From the NCBI RefSeq assembly GCF_009914755.1, contig NC_060942.1: DNA of 64,000 nt; one strand, given 5' to 3'. Of the stretch, positions 45,531 through 61,549 are shown piece by piece. Every line of letters begins with the position of its first letter. Position 1 is the first letter of the stretch. The stretch comes from the human T2T-CHM13v2.0 reference genome, Homo sapiens. The notes under the pieces are model-generated. The model had not been told where the DNA came from and did no database searches. It saw only the letters and a program-made list of their open reading frames with translations. The translations under genes were made by a program, and so were the position numbers.

Positions 45531-45970
45531 TATCTGTCAGTTACATCCTCTTCCTTATAAGTAACGTAGTGATTTCCTCCTACCACCATATGATTCTTAA
45601 ATACTTTAAACAGTTGAAGTCCAGGTAAAATCACAGCTCTCAGCATTGAAGATTCTTTCACTGTTTATTTTTATCTAGCATTTTAAATTTACTGATAAAA
45701 ATAAAATGTTTGTTTTCTATTGCTCACAATCCTGTTTTCTGAGAGCTGTTTTAACATAGAGATTTTACTTCTTAAACGTGGTTATATACTGTCTAACTTC
45801 TGTTGACTTTGTGTAGTATAATAGAACCTACAACAAATGGCTACGACTGTGAGGAGTAAATGAATTAATTCATACAGAGTACTTAGAACAGTATCTGAAA
45901 CAGTAATAACTTAATCAATATTATCTGTCAATTACATCCTTTTCCTTATAAGTAATGTAATTATTTCATC
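45412..45970 (+). repeat. Non-adjacent direct duplication of ~168 bp (45412-45579 and 45803-45970)
   Basis: The long block acagagtacttagaacagtatctgaaacagtaataacttaatca is identical in both copies, with scattered substitutions around it. Confidence 0.92.
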
Positions 45971-46782
45971 AATGCCTGTGAGTAGAGGAAATGATTGTCA
46001 ATTTTCTAGTTGGTATGGAACATAAAATTTTAGCCAGGGGCTAGGCTTTGGTTGAAGAATCATGTCTTTCCATTGTTTTGAAAAATGTGATCTTATTTTC
46101 ACAATTTGAAGCCTAGGTATGCTTTTTTCAACCCATTTATAGTACAAAGTTTGCTGTCTGTCTTGGTTGCTGCTGGTTGTGAGTTTTGTCTTTTTTTGAG
46201 TTTTCATGAATCTTAGATTTTTAATTTGGGGGGCTGCTGCACTAGGGTGCTGCTGGTTAGATGCCATTTATTATCAACTGCCTGGGTTGCTAATTTAATA
46301 AGAATTTCAGGAGGTGTTGTGAATAATTGAAATTCTACCAGTATGTAATAAAACAAAGAAAAAAATCAGTATTGTAATACATGTATCCAAGAACTTCATT
46401 ATATTAGATACTATGATGTATAGATTGCTTCAAATAAGGTCTGCTTTTTTCCTCACAGTACATATTTAATACGAAATGTATTTAATAATTGATATTTAGA
46501 TACTGGTGTTTAGTAGATGGCTATTTTTGGCTAAAAGAAATCATTATATCATATAACATTATAACCATTCTCTTTCTTCTCATACTATCTCCTTACCTAA
46601 TTGTGGTTGTTGTTTATCTCCTAATCAGTGGTGGTTTGTCTATTCTTTATTTTTCATTTGTTTTAAATAACCAGGTAACTCCTGCACATTTCTATTAAAT
46701 TGTTCAATAAATATTATAAATAGACAAGTTCACTAATGAAACACAAATATGAAAAGAACAATAGTTCTATTTTAACTCACAC

Positions 46783-47790
46783 ATTTGAGGTGAGAATTTT
46801 AAAATATACTTTCAGCAACTTTCAAGTATATAATACATTGTTAGTAACTATAGTCACCACGTTGTGCAGTAGATCTCTTGAACTTATTCCTCCTGTCTAA
46901 CTGAAATTTTGTATACTTGACCATCATCTCCCAATCCTGCTGCCCCTGGTAACAGCCCTTCTACTCTGTTTTTATAAGCTCAATTTTTTTAGTTGTTTTT
47001 TTTTTTTTTTTTTTTTTTTGAGACGGAGTTTTGCTCCGTCGCCCAGGCTGTAGTGCAGCGGCGCCATCTTGGCTCACTGCAAGCTCCGCCTCCCGGGTCC
47101 ACGCCATTCTGCCTCAACCTTCCGAGTAGTTGGAGCTACAGGCGTCCGCCACCACGCCCGGCTAATTTTTTTGGATTTTTAGTGGAGACGGGGTTTCACT
47201 GTGTTAGCTAGGATGGTCTCGATCTCCTGACCTCGTCATCTGCCCGCCTCGGCCTCCCAAAGTACTGGGATTACAGGTGTGAGCCACTGTGCCCGCCAAC
47301 ATTTTTAGATTCTACGCATAAGCGAGAAGATGTGATTTTTGTCTTCTGTGTCTGGCTTCTTTTATTAAACATAATGTCCTCCAGGGGCATTCATGTTGTC
47401 ACAGATGACAGAATTTCCTGGGTTTTTAAAGCATAAATAGTATGTCATTGTGTATATATATGTTACATTTTTCTTATGCATTCGTCGGTTGATGGACGCT
47501 TAGTTGATGCCATATTTTGAGTGTCTTGAGTAATACTGCCATGAACAGCGGGAGTGCAGATATCTTTTTGACATACGAATTTCATTTTTTTTTTTTTTGG
47601 CTATGCATCCAGTAATAGCAGAATTGTTGGATCCTATGGTAGTTATATTTTTAGTTTTTTGAAAAGTATTCATACTGTTTTCCCTAATGGCTGTACTAAT
47701 TTACATTCCCACCAACAGTACACAAGGGTTCCCTTTTCTCCACATCCTCATCAACACTTTTATTTTGGTCTTTATCATAATAGCCATTAG
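46783..47790 (-). mobile_element. L1MA8/9-like 3' region interrupted by AluY
   Basis: aactatagtcaccacgttgtgcagtagatctcttgaac...ggctgtactaatttacattcccaccaacag. Confidence 0.85.
46993..47297 (-). mobile_element. AluY
   Basis: gcaagctccgcctcccggg, aggatggtctcgatctcctgacctcgt. CpG-rich, long T tail. Confidence 0.95.
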
Positions 47791-49639
47791 AGAATGATAA
47801 TTAGGTTTTAAACCTTACCCATTGCATGCAAAATTGTAAACCAACTATTAAATATATTTTATATATTTTTTGGGTAGTTCTTCAAATCTAATCAATAACC
47901 ATGTATAAATTGTGAACTACCTCCCTTTCTAAAAGCTCAAGTTAGCATATTTTAAGTAATATTTACTGATAACAACTCAAGATTTAGCTTGCTGCATTGA
48001 AGAAGAAAATCCAAACTAGAAACAGGGCCTATCAGTTGAAAACACAAAGCAAAGAAATAAACAAATTAGTGTTGATTAATGATAATATTTGTAGTATAAC
48101 ATAGGCTAAAACACTGGGTAGTTCAGGACAATTTTCTTTGAAGGTCTGCAAAAAGAAAAATCAATTTTCTAAGACAAATCTGTTGAAAACTGAGCTTCCA
48201 TGTCTAAATTGAAGTAGGCAATGATTTTTTCTTTTTACTTTCAAATTGCTCTAGGCATTTCTAGAGTGGCAAAAAAATACATACTAATTTCACCTTTTTG
48301 GATTAAAAGTAAACACTATTAAATGAATGCAATTTTGGTAATTTATAAATATTTTACTAGAAATTCATTTATAATTTACCTATTTTATAAACTTTTTTAT
48401 GTCTTTAAAGTCGTATCTTATGAAATTTAGATAAGAGGATGAAGAATGGGAAAAGACGGTGAGTTATAAAAAAGGGAGAGAAGGCAAAATGTGAGATAGG
48501 CAGAGAAGAATAAATCATGAAAAAAAGAGGAGAGACAAGAAGGAAAAGAAAGGACTCTTTCCCCAGAAGTAAGGACTAGAGAAAAAGCCATCAGGAGCCA
48601 ATCTAGCTTCTTTCCTCCACTGTTGCTGTGTCAACTGTAATTGACTGATATTTTTCAGGCTGGCTTGCAGACCTTAGAGGTTGTAGCCATTATTCTTTCC
48701 TGAATACTCATTACATAGGCTCCTGTGCAGCCTCTTCCCTTCAGGGCTGCACTGACGAAGCTTCCTCAGTGTCAAAGCTTCTAAGCTTTCTAAATGAGAG
48801 ACTTCTGTTCTAATCACATTAGCTATCAGATGTTCTCACCAGTGTTAATTCTCACCTGGAACAAAGTCCTTCTCTGTCTTTGTTACTCATGTTGTCTCAT
48901 TTGGAGTAAATTGAAAGTGTGGCTAACTGTAAATCAGTAACCTGTGCCTCTCTCCGTGGAGTGTTTTGTTCTCTTCAGTGCTATTCTGCTTCCCGATTCT
49001 GCCACCTCAGGGATTCTTCACAGTTGCCTGGTACGCAATACCTAAACACTTAAGTAACATTCTCTGTCTTTGAAATACTCAGAATATGTCTAGCTTGGAT
49101 GCCTTTTAGAGATTCTACTTAAAGAGACCATCGATTTTTTAAATATACATTTAGAATATCTCAGAGATAAGTTTCAAAGCATTTACATATGTGCATTGTT
49201 CATAATAAAATAGATTTGTAATTTATTGGCAAAGTATGATATAGATTCACAAACAGTATAATAATATCATGCCAGTATAAGAAAAAGATTAGCTAAGTGC
49301 TGCAAAACAAAAATAGCATTATGAGAAAAATATAAAGTGGAATTCTTAACTTGATTTTTGAAACTGTGGCCAAGCTGCTAATATTGTTTTATTTGCCTTG
49401 GGACAATTAAAGAGTGTTTATGTCATACCCTCATTCAGTTCACCTGTATAGCTTCTAAAAAACCAGATGAATTGTGGTAGATGACGATGAAGTACAATAA
49501 ACGTAAGTAATAATTCCAGTTCCTACTGAGCTGGATGTAGTATTAGAGATTTAATACAGATTTCTTCCTGTCTTGAATATGTATGTGGCACATAATAAAA
49601 TGGAGAGGCAAAGCTAACATTAATATCTGGTGATTAGTT

Positions 49640-51930
49640 TAACTTTCTAGTTCATTTGTTGAGTGCCTGTGCTAGGTACATGGAATCCAGGGTGAATATG
49701 GAATGGTTTTTATGCCACTAAGTAGCTCACAGGAAAGTGGTGAGGAAACAGAAATGAACAACAACTTATATCAAACTAATATGCTCTGTGTTTTCCAAAC
49801 AGTAAAATATCAAGACATTTACTATATTTATATATGTCTGTACTGTCACAGATCTCTTAGTTTAATGGGTGGTCCATTACCTTATCTTTAGGAAACAACC
49901 TTGCTTATATGTAGGTCTCAGTTATTCAAATCATGTAGACCATGGTCCCTGCTCTCAAGATACCCTAAAGGAAAAAGAAAGTAGAACAGAGACTATAGAA
50001 CAAAATGCCTGTATCATCATAAACTCTCTGATTACTTTCCATTTGTAAACTAAGCTATCATAATAGTTTTCTATGGAATTAAAAACTTTATGTATGTAAA
50101 GCACTTTGACATGTGTCTTCCATGGAAAAGCAGGTAAGAAATGGTAGCTGTTATTATTTTAAGTGGATATAAATGCCACAGTAGCACAGAAGAGAGAAAC
50201 TTGTAAATCAGCTGTTGGGAAATTGTGGAAGACTGCAAGGAGGAGAATTTGCATGGCCAAGTTTGCTCTACCAATTAGAAAATGAAAACAAAAAGTGCAA
50301 AGGACCTTCTTGGTAGATAGAAGCAGTATGTGGTAGAGAGCAGCAAGGACCCATGGCATTTTAGAGAAATCGTGAGTGGCTTATATGGCTGGAGAGATGG
50401 AGCAATTGGGAGTTGGAGACAATTGGCGAGGGATCCTTTTGGATAGTTAGGCATTGGCTGGGCAGTTTGAACTCACCTAAGAAATGTGACTGATTGAAGG
50501 CATGGATTTTAGAGTGAGAATGATCGGGCTTAAAACCCAACTCAAACCTCACCAGCTGTGTGATGTTTGGAAGCTGTATCCACTCTCTAAATTGCAGTTT
50601 TTAATCTGTTAAATAGACACAATAATATTGCTTAACTCACAGGATAGTTGAAAAGATACATGAGATAAGGTAATATAACAAATGTGTACTACATCACAGT
50701 TGTATCATTTGTTGAATGTTTATTATTAGCCTAAAAGTTATCAAAATCCACAGAAAGATTTAAGCAGGGGAGAGAGATGATCTTATTTTAATTATAGGGG
50801 GTTCCTTGGATGAGCATGGAGATAATGGATTGTGGTTAAAGAGTTGCAGAGTTTGAATATAGGGAAAGAAGCTGAGATGGCTTTTGTAGGGTGAGAAATG
50901 AGGAAGCAAAGTCATAACTATAGATATGAGGAGGTGGGAAGATAAAGGGATTTTAAGAAGGTCAAGGCCATAAATTTAGTGGCTAATTCAATAGGGAAAG
51001 TGTCTGAGTGAGAAGGAGAAATGGAAGCTTATTCATGTGTTTGACTTGGCTGACCAAAATAGGTTTTGGAGTCTTTCACTGATGTGGAAGATATATTAGA
51101 AAGTTCAGGAACAAAGTAAGTTGAGGAGGGGAGAGCCAGGGGATATTCAATAAGAAATCTGCAATAATTACTTGGAAGCAGGTGGTCCTAGTTCATTTTC
51201 TGTTGCTTACAACAGAATACCTGAAACTGGGTAACTTATAAGTAAAGAAAAGTTATTTCTTACAGTTACGAAAGCTGGGAAGTCCCAGATCAAGTAGCTG
51301 CATCTGATTAGAGCTTTTTTGCTGGTGAGGACTCTGCAGGGTCCTGAGTCAGTAAAGGGTATCCTATGGAGAGAGGCCTGAGCATGGTAGCTCAGGTCTC
51401 TCTCCCTCTTTTTATAAACCTGTCAGTTCCCCTCTTTGATAATCCATTAATGCATTAGCTCATTAATACATTAATTCATGAATGGGTTAATGTATTCACG
51501 GGAGCAGAACCCTCATGATCCAACCACATTTTAGAGGCCCTTACCTCTCAATAATGCCACATTGGGGATTAAGTTTCAAAATATGGTGAAGGAGACATTC
51601 AAACCATAGAAGAAGCATAGATTTAGCAATAAAAGGAGTTTCTAAATAGAGGTAAAAAATATGAATCAGCATGTAAAGGAGAGTTAAAGCCTTGGAAGAA
51701 AATGAATTTACTCAGGAAGAATAGAGAGATGGGAAAAGGTGAAGACAGGGCCAGGTGTGAAAACCATCAGTGAGAGTGTAAGCAGAGAAAATCCTTTGAA
51801 TGAATCTGGGCAGGAATGGCTTGAGAGGTAGGAGAAAAGCAGGCTACAGTAATACTGCAAAAGCATGATGAATTTTTCAAAATGGTTAAGTGAAATTCAA
51901 ATGCTCAGAAAAGTGTAGGAAGGTAAAGTA
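49640..51930 (-). mobile_element. L2 fragments interspersed with MIR (~50030-50150, ~50500-50720) and an MST LTR
   Basis: ttcatttgttgagtgcctgtgctagg (L2 end); aagattttaagcaggggagagagatgatc; MIR cores on the + strand. Confidence 0.55.
51184..51611 (-). mobile_element. MSTB/C-like MaLR solo LTR
   Basis: tagttcattttctgttgcttacaacagaatacctgaaactgggtaa...ttggggattaagtttcaa...cattcaaaccatag. Confidence 0.88.
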
Positions 51931-52233
51931 TCAGAATTTTTTGCTGTGGGAAAGAGAAAACACAATTCAAATGAATACACAAAAATCGAATTTTATCTCA
52001 TGTGACAAGTAGAATGAAAATTGCTCTGGGTTTGGTTTACTTAGTGGGACTGTACAAAGTGATGATAAAATCATAATTGTTCCTACAATAAAAGTCTTCC
52101 CACTTAGGCTGGCTCATCTTGTAATCCTACAATGCTTGCCATAATTCCACATAGCACATACAAACCTTGAAACTTCCAGAGACAGAAGGAGGAGTATTAT
52201 CTTTCCCTGCCCAGCAGACTTTCTCTTACACTT

Positions 52234-53224
52234 TCTGGTAGGCAGAGTAATGCCCCCCACTGACGTATCCACATCCTAATTCTTGGAACCTGTAAATGAA
52301 TTATGTTGTGTGCAAAGCTGAATTAAGGTTGCGGCTAAGATTAAGATTGCTAATCAACTGACCTTAGATTCAGAGTTTATCCTGGATTATCCAGGTGGAC
52401 CAAGTGTATCACAAATGACCTTAAGAGGAAGGCAGAAAAGGGAGAACCAGAGTTTTTGCAATGTGAAAATGATGTGGTCCTATATTGCTTGTTGTGAAGA
52501 TAGAAGGATGGGGCAGGCATGAGACAAAGAATGCAGGCAGCCTCTAGAAGGTTAAAAATAGCAAGCAAATGGATTCTCTCCCAGAATCTCCAGCAGGAAT
52601 GCAACCTTGCTGGCATCTACATTTTAGCCCAGTGAGACCCATTTTGGACTTCTGACCTCCCAAACTGTAAGATGATGTTGTGTTGTTTTAAGGCAGTTTG
52701 TGATAATGTGTTACAGCATCAGTCCCCAGCTTTTTGACACCAGGGACGGGTTTCATGGAAGACAATTTTTCCATGGACCAGGACAGAGGGAAGAGGGGGA
52801 TGGTATTGGGATGATTCAAGTGCATTACATTTATGGTGCACTTTATTTCTATCATTATTACATTGTAATATCTAATGAAATGATTATACAATTCACCATA
52901 ATGTAGAATCAGTGGGATCCCTGAGCTCATTTTTCTTGCAACTAGACAGTCCCATCTGGGGGTGCCAGGACACAGTGACATATCATCACGCATTAGATTC
53001 TCAGAAGGAGTGCGTAACCTAGATTCCTCTCATGCACAGTTCACAATAGGGTTTGTGCTCCAATGAGAATCTAATGCCGCGGCTGATCTGACAGGAGAGG
53101 GAGCTCAGGTGGTAATGCTTGGTACCTGTGGCAGTGATGGTACAGGTGATAATGCTCAATACGGATCTGTGGCCTGGGGGTTGGGGACCCCTGTGTTACA
53201 GTAACTACAGAAAATGAACATACA
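52234..53224 (+). mobile_element. MLT1D MaLR solo LTR, split by MER1A
   Basis: ggtaggcagagtaatgcccc...atcctggattatccaggtgg...ttttagcccagtgagacccattttggacttctgacc. Confidence 0.9.
52717..53193. mobile_element. MER1A hAT-Charlie DNA transposon
   Basis: Ends catcagtcccca / tggggacccctg. Perfect 8-bp TSD tgttacag at 52709-52716 and 53194-53201. Confidence 0.92.
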
Positions 53225-53953
53225 CCCCCATTGGCAAGAGTTGCATTGTGGGCCCAAGCCTAAAGTATTCACTTCCAAGGGGAATTGAATTTCCTAGACA
53301 GGCTGAGGCTGTTGTGAAGCATATGGTCCCCTGATTCCTGAAAAAGTCTTGGGGATGGGAGGGAAAGGCTGTTGGATAGGCAACAACCTATCATATTCAG
53401 GGAAGGATGGATTATTTATCTATTAAATTTGACAGTTTGGAGGCCAATAATGATATATAGAGAGGAAATTCAGTGGGCAATAGGAAATTGGTGGCTGACA
53501 AAATAAATATTTTAAAGTAACTTGTACATAAATAAAAGGCAATATAGAACCCTAACCATTTATATAGAAATACAATTGTTTTATATTTTCTTTTAATATG
53601 GGTGATAATGGAAATCTTTTTATGTAGAAAGAGCCAGAGCCAGATGGCAACAGGAGTGAGAAAGGTAGAAGATGAATGATTGAGGATGAAAATTCCCTCA
53701 AGAGATTTTATTTGACCAAGTATGTCCACATTGTTGCTTAAAAGCATATGTTTACTTCCTGTAAGAAATCTGTAAAAATCATTTTAGAGTATGAATAACA
53801 ATCGTCTTACATGTTTATTTTACAAATTTTGATTTTCTCTGTAATGGTAATTCATAAAACATAGGTACTAATATTTCACAATTCATTTATTTATATAATA
53901 ATTCTACTTGTACCTAGCATCAATTCAATGAAAGCTGTGATTAAGAGGTTTCA

Positions 53954-54282
53954 CACGGATGGAGCTGGAAGCCATTATCCTCAGCAAACTAACACAGGAA
54001 CAGAAAACCAAATAGCGCATCTTCTCACTTACAAGTGGGAGCTGAACAACGAGAACACATGGACACAGGGAGGGAAAAAGCACACACCGGGGACTCTCAG
54101 GGGAGGGCAGGGGAAGGAAGAGCATCATGATAAACAGCTAATGCATGCATGGCTTAATACCTAGGGGATGTGTTGATAGGTGCAGCCAACTACCATGGCA
54201 CACGTTTACCTATGTAACAAACCTGCACATCCTGCACATGTACCCCGAACTTAAATTTAATTAAAAAATAAAAAAGAAAAAA
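53954..54282 (+). mobile_element. L1PA (about PA10-13) 3' end
   Basis: ggatggagctggaagccattatcctcagcaaactaacacagg...aacctgcacatcctgcacatgtacccc plus A tail. Confidence 0.92.
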
Positions 54283-56325
54283 GTTTCAAATTATAGTGTT
54301 AGCTAGAACTGGTGACGTCTTCCTAAATACAGCTTGAAACTTCATAAAGGAGCTCTCCTGAGATTTCTTACCATGGAATATCTTCCATTTGAAATCTCCC
54401 CTAATAGGATATTTTCATACTTCAGAAATTCACTCTCTTGGGTTCATTTCAAGAGGGGCTTTATATTGATGACTGTCTCTCTGGGATAGCAACAGAAGGA
54501 TAATTGGGTAGAGTGACCAGCCTGGTTACAATCCTACATCTATGATTATATGACTCCTGTTCTGTTCTTTAGCATCATTTTAAACCAGTTTCTTGAATTC
54601 AACTTTTCTTTTGGAATGCGTGAGGCAGATTTTCCCTGGGTTATTGTTCCATGTTTATTTATACAACAACCACAGAGTTAGAGGAGAACAAATGCCCATA
54701 GGAAGAAGCTGACGATTATTGCCGTGGCAGATAAAAACTCCCTGCTATTTATTATAATCGAGCAGAAGAAAGCGAATAGTGGAGGCAGAAAGTTTGTTAT
54801 CGATTGCACAGCAACCCTACTATATTCCTTTTATCAGCTCTTCTCAGTAATCTCCAAAACTCCTTTCAACACAATCTTCTCTATTGTCAGATTTCCTTGC
54901 CTATTAGTCAGGCTCACTCTCAGCAGCTGATGTACTTTCTTATTTTATGCAGATTATAGAGTCCAAAAAAAGTAAGTTCTGTAATTTTCCACCTAGATAT
55001 AAGAACTTAACTCTCACCATTCATTCTTTTCTTTTTCTCTCACATTACGATTCACAAGACATGTTTTTCTCTACTTCAGGGATAATTCCTTTACCTCCCC
55101 TCTGGATCCCATGTTCTGCCTGCCTGCTCAGGAAATTTTGATTACTCCCCTTCTTATACTTCCAGTCTCCTGTATTACTGATTTCTTCTTGCAAGTGGTT
55201 AAACTTAAACTTATGCCTCCCATTAAAATAAAATTAGCAACAGCACCAAACCCAGCAACAATAAGGTATCATTATCATCAACAACATCAGTAGTTCTCAC
55301 AGTTCCCTCTGATTCTCTGTTGTCTTCTCCCCTTTGCTTTCTTTTTTTGCATTGTGCTTTCTGAGAAGTTTCTACACTGGGTGCCTCCAAGGCCTCACTC
55401 CTGAGCTCCTCGTAATCTGGCTTCTGCCCTTACCCATTCCGTGTTAATATGGTGCTACTAAATTCTGCAGATCACGTCATTACTTTTCTTACTTGGCCTC
55501 TCTCCTAAGCAGGCTGTATTTCTTCATTGTTGATATTACTTATCATTTTGTCCCAGCCCTTCCTCTTTTCTCACTGGAATATTCCTCCCTGGAGGTTCTT
55601 CAACCCCAAGGTTGTAGTGAGCACTTATTTGATGATATGCTGATATGATAATGATTGAATAATGGTATGCTAATATAATGCTGATAGTGTTGATGGTTCC
55701 CTTTTGAACAACAGATTTCTATATCAATCTCATGTTCAAAGCTGAAATCATTCCCACTAAACTGTCTCCTTTTCTCATGTATCTTATCTCAGTGAATGGT
55801 GCCAACATCTATCCAGTTCTTTCAAAGGGAAAACAAATTAGCATTTTTAATTTCTCCTTCCCTCTTGCTATCTCATATCTAATAAATCAGAGGGTCCTAT
55901 TCTATCACCCCAATATTGCTTGTGTTCATTCATTTCTATCCATCTGACCTGAATCTAGTTTATTTCATTATAATCTTTTATCCAGATGGCATTAATTGTA
56001 TATGTGGGAGCCCTGCTTCTAACATTGTCCCTCCAAATGGGTCTCTCTACTGTAAGCTGAATGATCACTCCCCTGCTTAAATCCTCCTGTGGTTTCTCAT
56101 CATAAATTATGATCTCAGAAAGGCTTGTGAGGTGCTTTTAGGTTTGACTCCTAACTCTTATGTCTTGTTTTTTCCCCTGTGCAAAACATTTTTTAAAAAA
56201 TTTCTGTACTTTTCGTTTTACTAGAATTTTGAATCTTTGCTTCTGAAACAAACACTCATTGCCTTCTTTTCCTCTGTCCTACTTTACCTTGCAAAATGAT
56301 TTGGTTAACTTCCATCTATATTTAG

Positions 56326-59034
<2,709 letters not shown>

Positions 59035-59433
59035 TGATTGACAGCATGTTTAAAATTAAGATCATTCGGTTAGTATTCTAAGCAATGTTCAAGAAATAGC
59101 AAATTTCCTCTTGAAATGTTTTGTGTAATGTATTAAATTTATATTGCTAGTTTAGGAATGGCTTCAAGTGCTGATAACTCTCAAATAATTAGACTGGTTA
59201 AGCACTGCTCTATGTAAATGGAATATCTATTTTAGTGCACAGATACTACAAATTAACCAGAATTATTCCAAATGAAAAATTAAAATTTTATTTACATTTC
59301 ATTGTAATTACTTTCAGATATAATTAAAATTCTTATTCTTTTATATTCCAAAAAAAAAATGCTACTTGTTTTGGTAAACTTTGCCTGATTGCTCCCCTGC
59401 TACTGTGTTGAATGTTTCTCGTCTTCACTTGGT

Positions 59434-59818
59434 TGTAGGTTAGCTTCTCTGGAATCAGATATTGGGATGGAGATCGGCTTCCAAATTATTTATCATGGAT
59501 CTATCCCAGTGAAAGGAAAGGAACCAGGGTTGCGTAAAGGAAGGAATCAAACTACCATGTGGGGATGAGAAAGCTGCAGCCAACCTAGCAGGGTGCTGTG
59601 AAATGACTATTGCTCATCAGAGCTGTCCACTTTGGGCTAAAATCATCCAACCTTATCCCCTCAATGGATGTAGGCTGCCACAGGATGGGCATGACCTTGA
59701 TTGAAGCAGCCCTCAGCTGCTAAAGTGTGGACAGCTATCTTCTGACCGCAGTCCCCACAGCTAGTGAGCACACTCTCACTGAAAGGGTATCTAGGCCGTG
59801 TACTTCCATGCTTACTAC
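59434..59818 (-). mobile_element. LTR16A-like ERVL solo LTR
   Basis: tgtaggttagcttctctggaatcag...ggatgtaggctgcc...gggcatgaccttg...actaca matches the recalled LTR16A in reverse. Confidence 0.75.
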
Positions 59819-61549
59819 ACACTCTTTTGCCCTGGAACATTGTACCATTGTGCCTTATCTTATTTGCTTTTTGATTGTTGGACTTATTTGCATTCTATAA
59901 GTTTCATAAGCAACTTAATAATTTTTGTCTTATTCCATATTGTGTGCTCAGTATACAGCACAGGCTTGACACACAGTGTGTACTCAATAAATAATAGGTT
60001 GAATACATGGATTTGGGGATCTATTTTCTCAACATTTTTCTTCCTAATGATTGCTAAAAATGTCTTTACATTCTAGCTCAGTTATTTGTCTTGGTTTAGA
60101 GTCATCCAAACATTCTAATTATTCCCCAATAAAAAACCAACAAATTTATGGCAACATTTTCATGCATTCCTGGGAAAGGGTTCAGATATCTAGAAATAGA
60201 AAATTTTTATAAAACTGCACAGTACTGATTGTAGTAAGAAGAATTTATCCCAGACATAAAATACTTCAGGCAATGCCTCTTGTAATTACTAGTTTCATCG
60301 GATAGGAAAACCTTTTTGGTGCCAATACCACCTGAATCACTTCACTTTTTATTTCTACCCATTAACCTGTCATTACATCAGGGTTCAGCCTCACACTCAG
60401 AAGCAAGCCACACATTCCTTCTTGGGTTTTATCCAAGTTACCAATCACAGTACCACTCTTCCTCAAGGAAGTGAAATGAGTTTTACTGTGCCTAGGAGGG
60501 GACTTAATTTAGAAGAAAACATATTCAATGTTAAATTAGGGATTAAAAATATTTTGATGGTTTTTCCATGCATTCATCTAAGTCTGTACCTTTTTGTATT
60601 TCGTGTAACCTATATGAGTAGATGAGTGAATGAAAGGCCAGTTACTAAGCCGATATTCTGAAATGAAACAAATTTGTTTCTTTTACTAAACAACAAAACT
60701 ATTAATAATAGAGTTGAATTTGTGTAGTTGTCATGCATGAAATATTAATGACAAGTGTTAAATCAGCAAGATTTAAATATTTTCCAAGACAGATTTTTCT
60801 TAGTGCTTTTCTTTATATCAAAATTTGTGTTTCAGGGCATGCAAACCAATTCTAAACCTGAAAACAGAGTTGGGAAGGTAAATTTTCTGCAAAAATTGTC
60901 TATCAAAGTGAAACAGAAACAATTTCCTCTCCTTCTCAATTATCTATATCAATTTTTGCTTCCATTACAGTGGATAATTCAATACTAGCATTAGAAATTC
61001 AGTACAGGTTATTGCATGCTTAGTTAAGACAGAATACAGCACTATGAACTAAAGTAGGCAAAGATATAGGTAACAACAGGGCTCACTGTGGGATATAATT
61101 GATAGTAAAATTTTTATAAAAGAGATAGAAGAATTATTTAGAATTTAGACATAAGGCTTAATGAAGTAGTCCGCAGAAGTTATGGAGGCTGGGGGATGTC
61201 TGGGACTCCCTTCTGGGTTTCTTAGATGTCCTGTGATGTCGATTTTCTTCAGTTCTTCAACTGATCATAGAGGCCAGGGCTCTGATTCATACCTCTTAAA
61301 ACAAGCCATTTCTGCTTTCATCTCAGATATTTTTGGCCATTTACTTGGTTCTGAAAAATTGAGAAGACCCAACACTAGGCCATACTTCCATATCTCGAGT
61401 TTGAGTGTTTCTTAAGCAGGCAGTCCAGACACTCTTTAATGCAAACTTTTTTTGTAACAATTTGCATGGTTGATACTGGGTTGGAAATCTTGCACTATAT
61501 AACAGTGAAAGGAAATTCTGTGATAGCTGCAACTTCACATAAAAATATT

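Larger units (their letters stand above)
51933..53390 (-). mobile_element. Old MLT1 (L/M-like) LTR hosting MLT1D
   Basis: ccagcagactttctcttacac is interrupted by MLT1D and resumes cattggcaagagttgc...ggctgttggataggcaac. Confidence 0.55.

Noticed and set aside
48856-48926. Possible 71-nt minus-strand exon with donor cag|gtgaga
   Set aside because: Weak acceptor and stops in all three frames.
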